Positions 8,578 through 14,181 of a stretch of 14,181 nucleotides of DNA are shown piece by piece (position 1 is the first letter of the stretch; the number at the start of each line of letters is the position of its first letter). This DNA is from Synechococcus sp. GTDB lineage: Bacteria; Cyanobacteriota; Cyanobacteriia; Thermostichales; PCC-7336. Under the pieces are notes generated by a model that was given only the letters and a program-made list of their open reading frames with translations, was not told the DNA's origin and did not search any database. The DNA lies in NCBI GenBank assembly GCA_051439425.1, contig JBFRWD010000119.1, positions 1 to 14,181 of the forward strand, read 5' to 3'. The position numbers and the translations under genes were made by a program.

Positions 8578-8874
8578 CTAGCTCTCGCTCTGCCACTGTT
8601 TCATCTCTGCGGCAATGAAGTGATTTACCAAATCTCGATACATCTTCTCAATGGCATCGGGAGATAAACCCTCGTCTGCGGCCCAATCTCGCCGTTGTTG
8701 CAGCATGGCAGCGAATCGATCGGGTGCTTTGACCGCTGTTGCATCCCGTTTGTATTGTGCCGCCGCTTTGACATACGCAAATCTTTCTTCGAGCAGAGCA
8801 ATGACTTGGCGATCTCGTCGGTCGATCTCGGCTCGAATATCGGCGAGAGATTCACACTGGTCTGGTGATTTCAC
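8578..8874 (-). CDS. pchB: PchB-like isochorismate-pyruvate lyase / AroQ-fold chorismate mutase
   Basis: MKSPDQCESLADIRAEID...RFAYVKAAAQYK...APDRFAAMLQQRRDWA..GL is colinear with P. aeruginosa PchB as recalled (MKTPEDCTGLADIREAID...RMDYVKAASRFK...APERVAAMLPERARWA). R14, R31, K42, R53 and I87 are conserved. Confidence 0.8.
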   Translation of the reverse strand: MKSPDQCESLADIRAEIDRRDRQVIALLEERFAYVKAAAQYKRDATAVKAPDRFAAMLQQRRDWAADEGLSPDAIEKMYRDLVNHFIAAEMKQWQSES

Positions 8875-8984
8875 AAGCGGCCACGCGATCGATCTCGACC
8901 AGTCTACTCGTCACATTGCCATAGAAAGCATTCGTTACCGGGTTTGCTTGATACGATCTCGATACGTTCCGCTGAAATATTGCT

Positions 8985-9800
8985 TTGCAATCCTCGCTTC
9001 CCTTCAACTCTGCGCCCTCATCCTCTCCCCCCCTACTCTCTACAGAGCTACTGACTCACTACCGACGAATTGCCAGTCAGTCTCTGACGGTCGTGGATGT
9101 CGAGACCACGGGCTCGAACCGTAACAGCGATCGCGTTATCGAAATTTCCCTGCTGCAAGCAGATTTAGAACACGGCATTCGTCATCAACAAACCCACCTG
9201 ATCGATCCCGGTGTTGCTGTCCCCCCGCGCATTGCCGCCTTCACCGGGATCGATACAGAGATGTTGCAAGGAGCTTCACCCCCCACAGCAATTTGGCCTC
9301 AATACCTCCCTCGTCTCAGCCAAGGGATACTGACCGCTCACAATATTCGCTTCGACTATGCCTTCATTACTGCTGAGGTAAAACGACAGGCGATCGCCTT
9401 CGTCCGCCCTCCAGAATCCCAATGCTGCACCGTTCAGCTCTCCCGCCTGCTGCTCTCACATCTCCCCTCTCGCCGCTTGCCTGCCCTAGTTAAACACTTT
9501 CAATTCCCCGTCGATACCTCCCACCGTGCTGAGGCTGACACCCTAGCCTGTTGGTTATTGGCAGAAAGGTTGCTGACAGAGATTCAATCAGAATCGGATG
9601 AAGTCTTGTTAGAGAAATTCGGCACGCAAACCCTATCTCTCAGTGCTGCTGTCTCCGTTCTGCAATGCACCACTACCGAGGCACTACAAGCTTTCGAAGC
9701 TGCAAATATTCGCCCGCTCTACACCAGTAAGCGAGGCACCCCATACTATCAGCGGCGATTTGTGGAGCAAGTCTATTGGCAACGACAGGACGTCAACTGA
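8985..9800 (+). CDS. DEDDh 3'-5' exonuclease (DnaQ/epsilon-like) with a C-terminal extension
   Basis: ExoI VVDVETTG, ExoII AHNIRFD, CTVQLSR and ExoIII HRAEADT. The TTG start is uncertain. Confidence 0.9.
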   Translation: MQSSLPFNSAPSSSPPLLSTELLTHYRRIASQSLTVVDVETTGSNRNSDRVIEISLLQADLEHGIRHQQTHLIDPGVAVPPRIAAFTGIDTEMLQGASPPTAIWPQYLPRLSQGILTAHNIRFDYAFITAEVKRQAIAFVRPPESQCCTVQLSRLLLSHLPSRRLPALVKHFQFPVDTSHRAEADTLACWLLAERLLTEIQSESDEVLLEKFGTQTLSLSAAVSVLQCTTTEALQAFEAANIRPLYTSKRGTPYYQRRFVEQVYWQRQDVN

Positions 9801-9907
9801 TATAGCGATCGGCAATCCGCCATGGAGACTTCCCTGGCTACTTTTCCTTGGAAATCAAGTTTTATCGTGGTTTCGACCCTCCAGACTTTACAGCGCGGAT
9901 TGCGATA
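9801..9907 (+). repeat. ~107-bp MITE/REP-like palindromic element, copy 2
   Basis: TATAGCGATCGGCAATCCGCCATGGAGA...CCAGACTTTACAGCGCGGATTGCGATA. It matches copy 1 at 27/28 positions at one end and is near-identical at the other. Confidence 0.85.
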
Positions 9908-9924
9908 GTCTTGCGTCTCACGTT

Positions 9925-10953
9925 CTAGATGTTGAGCCCAACCTGCAGACATTCAGCATGTTTGGTCGCTCGATTGCGAAGCTTGTCCAACTCACTCGCT
10001 GACAATCCTTCCTGCTGATATTGCTGTAGCCATGCCTCAGCAAGCTCCTGTTCATTCTCAGGAAGCTGTTCTAGGTCGAAACCCGGAATTTGCTCCGTCT
10101 CCATCAATTGCGTCACCTTGGGGTCGTAGCTCAGTCCAAACACGGGGATGCCTGCTGCTGCTGCCAAAATCAGACCATGCAGCCTCATCGCGATCGCCAA
10201 CTGCACCGACTCAAATGCTGCCATCAATTGCCGGGGATCTTCAATGCGCACCACTCGACTTGGCGCTTTACAAGCACTCTGCATAGACTCAGCCAGGTCG
10301 AGATCGGTCGCCTGAAACGGCATCAACAATAACTGGGCATGGGTGCGAGCGTAAGTAATATCTAAAGCTTTCTGGATGACCTCCAAGCGCGCTGCAGTCA
10401 GAAGGGGATGGTGGCGTAACACAACCGAGATCGCCGGAGTCTCCCAGTCTGCCTGGTAGCCTGTAGCTCGCAAGCTCCACACCGGATCGGGAGCTAGCTG
10501 ATGCTCGATCCCCCAAGCATTTAAGAGCCGAGCCGAGCCCTCATCTCGAACGCTGACCGCATCGCACCGTTGTAAACAGCTCTGAGTTAACCAGCGCACC
10601 CACCCCCGCCGTAACGGCCCGATTCCCTGTCCCCAGGCAATGGACTTCAGTCCGTACACCTGTGCCCACCGCATCAGCCCCCCGTAATACAGGGGATTGC
10701 GCCAACTGGAGCTATCCTGCATCAAACTGCCGCCCCCCCAGATGAACGCGTCTGCGTGACGGAATAATCGGTGCAGTTCTCGCAGATTCCAGCGATCGCA
10801 AACATTTACCCCGTATAACTCTTGAGTGCGAGCGGGATCGTTCGACAACACCACCGGCTCCACTGTCTCGGGCAACTGCTGCAACAGCGTCAGCAATAAC
10901 GCCTCATCGCCGCTATTTCCAAAGCCGTAATAACCAACAACGACAGCCTGCAT
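9925..10953 (-). CDS. csaB: Polysaccharide pyruvyl transferase CsaB
   Basis: Motifs GYYGFGNSGDEALL, GGGSLMQD, QGIGPL, SVRD, PDPVW, AMRLHGLI, SYDPKV. The start is placed at ATG 10953 (MQAVVVGYYG) rather than at the upstream GTG of the ORF track. Confidence 0.92.
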   Translation of the reverse strand: MQAVVVGYYGFGNSGDEALLLTLLQQLPETVEPVVLSNDPARTQELYGVNVCDRWNLRELHRLFRHADAFIWGGGSLMQDSSSWRNPLYYGGLMRWAQVYGLKSIAWGQGIGPLRRGWVRWLTQSCLQRCDAVSVRDEGSARLLNAWGIEHQLAPDPVWSLRATGYQADWETPAISVVLRHHPLLTAARLEVIQKALDITYARTHAQLLLMPFQATDLDLAESMQSACKAPSRVVRIEDPRQLMAAFESVQLAIAMRLHGLILAAAAGIPVFGLSYDPKVTQLMETEQIPGFDLEQLPENEQELAEAWLQQYQQEGLSASELDKLRNRATKHAECLQVGLNI

Positions 10954-11108
10954 TAGCCTGCATTTACACCTCACAGCTACCGAATCGCCATACTTCATCT
11001 GCACGCCATGCTTTCCAATGTCATCGGTGCGAGTGAACGGGGGATTATCTAATCTCCAGGCGAGTCGTACTGTTGACTCTGCCTGTCATATAAATCTGGC
11101 AAGTCACA

Positions 11109-11178
11109 AGACCAACGTCTCAAACTTCGTTCTTTCCCTCAGGACGGAAGGACTCACTTTACTCTGAGCCTTAGAGTA
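11109..11178. other. Cluster of short hairpins; candidate structured RNA element
   Basis: AGAC-caac-GTCT (11109-11120); CTTC-GTTCT-[TTCCCTC]-AGGAC-G-GAAG (11125-11150); TACTCTGA-gcc-TTAGAGTA (11160-11178). Confidence 0.35.
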
Positions 11179-11215
11179 GCCTGCTGGGGCCCGTAAAACT
11201 GCATATTGGCACGTT

Positions 11216-11247
11216 AAAAAGCCCCGGAGCATCGCACCCCCAGGGCT
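11216..11247 (-). terminator. Rho-independent terminator
   Basis: Minus strand AGCCCUGGGG-GUGCGAUG-CUCCGGGGCU-UUUU forms a 10-bp GC-rich stem followed by a U-run. Its G:U pairs work only on the minus strand. Confidence 0.7.
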
Positions 11248-11467
11248 GTGTTTGAAAATGGTATTTAGGAAGGCTTTGAATAAGTTCACTGTACGAAGCA
11301 TGCGCAAAAACCCGCAAGCAACTGCGATGTTTTGAAACATGTCGTAATAATTGAGTCTATCTTTTTGGCGCACACACATATGAGATTGCTGTTGTCAATC
11401 TCCATAAGCCTTCTGTTTAAAGGGGTGTAACTATTCTGAGGCCGGATAGGTCGCTCGGGTGAAATTC

Positions 11468-12217
11468 TCAGAAACGTTGCGCAGCAGCGGCCGCCGTGGC
11501 CGATGTACTCTCTGATTTTGCCGGTGCCTCAAACTTGTACCCTACGCCGCGAACCGTCCGAATTAGCTCCGGTTGGTCGGTACGGGTCTCGATTTTTTTG
11601 CGGATTTGGCCGATGTGAACGTCAACGACCCGTTCGTCTCCATCGTGATCCTCGTCCCAGACGGCCTCAATCAATTCTCCTCGACGCCACACCCGTCCCG
11701 GCGTTTTAGCCATCGTATACAGCAAATCGAACTCCAAAGCCGTTAGCGGAACCAAGCTGCCATCACGCAGCACCTGACGTTGTTCCGGCTGGATGCTCAG
11801 ATTGTCGAAAAATAACGCCTGTTCGGCTGCTCCTACTGAAACACCGGGCATGGGTCGCTGTCGTTTCAGAATTGCTGCAACCCGCGCCCCAACTTCTGGC
11901 AAGTTGAATGGCTTGGTGATGTAATCATCCGCTCCTTGGTGGAAGCCTTGCAGACGATCTGCTGTGTTAACTCGCGAGGTCAACATCAGTACGTAAACGC
12001 CGGTTTCCTTTTGCATCAGAGGGCATAGTTCGTACCCGTTCATATCTGGCAAGTTGAGATCGAGCACAACCAGATTGGGCTGAAATTGCGGAAAGATATC
12101 CAGTGCTGCACGGCCAGTTGCGGCTACTTCTACCGTGTAGCCTTGTTGTTCGAGATAGCGCTGCAGGAGAATACGAATACTGAGTTCGTCCTCAACAATC
12201 AGAATTCGAGCAGTCAT
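11468..12217 (-). CDS. OmpR/PhoB-family response regulator (no adjacent kinase)
   Basis: Receiver motifs ILIVEDE, LVVLDLNLPD and GADDYITKPF; winged-helix motifs LTALEFDLL, VVDVHIGQIRKKIE and IRTVRGVGYKF. Confidence 0.95.
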   Translation of the reverse strand: MTARILIVEDELSIRILLQRYLEQQGYTVEVAATGRAALDIFPQFQPNLVVLDLNLPDMNGYELCPLMQKETGVYVLMLTSRVNTADRLQGFHQGADDYITKPFNLPEVGARVAAILKRQRPMPGVSVGAAEQALFFDNLSIQPEQRQVLRDGSLVPLTALEFDLLYTMAKTPGRVWRRGELIEAVWDEDHDGDERVVDVHIGQIRKKIETRTDQPELIRTVRGVGYKFEAPAKSESTSATAAAAAQRF

Positions 12218-12649
12218 ATGCAGAGAAACGTTCTAAACAAACAGGCGGTTAAGCAGAATCAACACGAGAAGGTGTCATTCAACGGTAATAGTTCAGACTA
12301 GATCGCTAAGCTGGGATGCGAGCCAGCCCCAAGACAACTGAGTACACCTAGAGTACCCATCCCCATTGGCAATAGCATCGGCAGAGACAGAGGTGTGGCA
12401 TCTCTTTTGATGGAATCGCGATCGCTTGTAAGTTATTACTCCAATTTTGCGTGACTAATGACGCATCTAGTACGTAGGTTCCGATTCTGTCAATCTCTTG
12501 CCCTGATTTGGCACTACGCCAGTGGATGTATAAATGAGCGGAGATCGCCTCTCATGCACTTGTAAATGTGCTCGGAAGAATAGGGAAATACGCGATCGAA
12601 TGGCAAGACATAATAGAAAGGCTAGCTGGTGTTTTTTGAGGACAACGCA

Positions 12650-13045
12650 ATGGTGAATAACAAACGGGCAGTTCTAGCTGCACTGCTGGCTAGCTCTCTC
12701 TCCGCCGCAGGCGTTGTCCATCACACAGTGGTGAGTCCTCAGCCTGTACGAGCGCAAACGGCCGAAGACTCCGTCCCCCGCGATCTGGTGAATTTATTCG
12801 CTAAGGTTGTGCTGGAAATCGAACCGTACCGGGTGGAAGCTCTCGAAGCCTCTAACAATGCTGTTGACGATCGCGAAAAAGACGGCATCCAGCGTGATTT
12901 CATCCGTCAGGCTACCGAGATTGTTGAAGCGAACGGATTGGCAGTAGCGGATTACAACCGGATTACCATTCAACTCAGACAAGATGACGAGTTACGAGAG
13001 CAAATCGAAGCCGAGATTCGAGGCTTACAGCAGAATGATGCTTAG
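12650..13045 (+). CDS. DUF4168-like exported protein
   Basis: GAGGA at 12638-12642 precedes ATG 12650. There is a basic/hydrophobic N-terminus with a VRA-Q cleavage site, and FAKVVLEIEPYR...IVEANGLAVADYNRI resembles DUF4168. Confidence 0.75.
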   Translation: MVNNKRAVLAALLASSLSAAGVVHHTVVSPQPVRAQTAEDSVPRDLVNLFAKVVLEIEPYRVEALEASNNAVDDREKDGIQRDFIRQATEIVEANGLAVADYNRITIQLRQDDELREQIEAEIRGLQQNDA

Positions 13046-13115
13046 AAAGCAGCCATTGTTTGCTCGCGAGCCCAACCCCGACAAACACTCAATCAACTCA
13101 ATCATTTGACCGGCA

Positions 13116-14181
13116 CTAAGGTAAGTCCACCCCTCCGTCATCGGAGGTTGCTCCAGAGGTAATAATGCCGTTCTTGGGATCGAGGGTGACAATAGCACCA
13201 TCCCGAATGATGTCAGTTGCATTGCTGACACCAACCATCACAGGTAGCCCCAACCGGGTCGCTATCACAGCCGCATGAGACCCTGCCCCTGACGCTTCAG
13301 TGACAACACCCGCTGCATGCTTCATGGCCTCGACGTAATTGGCGTCGGTAGCAGGGGCTACCAAAATCTCTCCATTCACCAGCTTGCTAGACTCTTGGCC
13401 AGAACGAACAATTCGGGCGGGGCCACTGACACAACCGTGGCCGTAGCCCTGGCCGGTCGCTACAACGGACTTAACGACCTCGACTTTAATTAAATCCGTC
13501 GAGCCCGATACCCCTTGAATGGTACCGGCGGTCATCACCACCAGATCGCCGTCCTCTAACAATCCCTGTTCGCGAGAGCTGTTCAAGGCAACATCAAAGG
13601 TTTGTTTGGTTGATGATGAATCTGCCAAGACTAAGGGATGTACCCCCCAAACCATCTGCATCTGGCGGGCAACCCCCACCTGTGGAGTAATCGCCAAAAT
13701 CGGGGTGTGGGGACGAAACTTAGAGACATTGCGGGCCGTGGCACCAGAGCGAGTCAAACTCATGATGGCAGCGGCATTGAGCTGCTCTGAAATTTTGCCC
13801 ACCGAGCGGCTGATGGCATCGGGAATATTGGCTTTCGGTTTGTAGACGTTCTCACTCGTGTGACTGCGGGGTGGGTGGGGAAGTTGGCGCATCGGACCGA
13901 CATATTCTTGTTCGATGCGGCGGGCAATGCTCGCCATCGTTGCCACCGCCTCTACCGGATATTTACCAACGGCTGTTTCGTTAGAAAGCATGACTGCGTC
14001 GGTACCGTCCAGAATCGCATTGGCCACATCCGAGATCTCAGCGCGGGTGGCACGCGGACTGTGGGCCATACTGTCTAACATCTGAGTTGCTGTGATTACC
14101 GGAATGCCCAGACGGTTGGCGGTAGCGATCAGCTTTTTCTGCAAGACGGGCACATCTTCAGCGGGAACCTCAACCCCTAAG
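13116..14181 (-). CDS. pyk: Pyruvate kinase with C-terminal PEP-utiliser mobile domain; 5' part lies outside the window
   Basis: The frame is open to the right edge (LGVEVPAEDVPVLQK). Motifs ITATQMLDSM, TRAEISDVANAILDGTDAVMLSNETAVGKYP and TRSGATAR; C-terminal SHAAV. Confidence 0.97.
   Translation of the reverse strand, partial: LGVEVPAEDVPVLQKKLIATANRLGIPVITATQMLDSMAHSPRATRAEISDVANAILDGTDAVMLSNETAVGKYPVEAVATMASIARRIEQEYVGPMRQLPHPPRSHTSENVYKPKANIPDAISRSVGKISEQLNAAAIMSLTRSGATARNVSKFRPHTPILAITPQVGVARQMQMVWGVHPLVLADSSSTKQTFDVALNSSREQGLLEDGDLVVMTAGTIQGVSGSTDLIKVEVVKSVVATGQGYGHGCVSGPARIVRSGQESSKLVNGEILVAPATDANYVEAMKHAAGVVTEASGAGSHAAVIATRLGLPVMVGVSNATDIIRDGAIVTLDPKNGIITSGATSDDGGVDLP

Larger units (their letters stand above)
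3217..12425. repeat. Dispersed HIP1 octamers (GCGATCGC)
   Basis: Seen at about 3217, 3985, 5581, 5888, 6862, 7106, 7295, 7763, 8065, 9127, 9390, 10190, 10792 and 12418 (manual count). Confidence 0.85.

Noticed and set aside
11126..11150. CGTTC...GACGGAAG resembles the 5' half of the cyanobacterial glutamine (glnA) riboswitch
   Set aside because: The closing GAAGGAACG strand needed for P1 is absent, and no suitable gene follows on the plus strand.
11104..11379. 91-aa minus-strand ORF in the csaB-regulator intergenic region
   Set aside because: It reads through a same-strand terminator and has no clear RBS or family motifs.
12428..12439. GTA-N6-TAC as a possible NtcA site
   Set aside because: NtcA requires GTA-N8-TAC; the spacing is wrong.
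13087..13104. ACTCAATCA repeated twice between convergent genes
   Set aside because: Only two units; short tandem repeats are common in cyanobacterial intergenic DNA.
13116..13450. PEP-utiliser domain fused to pyruvate kinase
   Set aside because: This architecture is well known in cyanobacterial and Bacillus Pyk, so it is not novel.

Overview
Cyanobacterial chromosomal window (about 14 HIP1 GCGATCGC sites by eye, none before 3217). The first ~2.8 kb is an AT-rich, HIP1-free accessory segment. It holds the 5' part of a GH9 endoglucanase-like gene that the ORF track misses because it runs off the left edge, plus two decayed IS5-family (IS1031-like) relics. The rest is mostly housekeeping: pdxJ, a polytopic membrane protein, menF-menD, a DCC1-like DxxCxxC protein, a PchB-like isochorismate-pyruvate lyase, a DEDDh exonuclease, csaB, an orphan OmpR-family regulator, a DUF4168-like exported protein and the 3' part of pyk. 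The most striking unannotated structure is a pair of ~105-bp hairpin-forming, MITE/REP-like elements (8465-8569 and 9801-9907). They are inverted relative to each other and bracket exactly the divergent pchB-like/exonuclease gene pair. The PchB-like gene lies ~0.7 kb from menF-menD, which suggests a possible isochorismate branch point (salicylate versus naphthoquinone). A structured intergenic region at 11109-11402 is a candidate RNA element. All family assignments come from motif recognition and recalled sequences, not from database searches.
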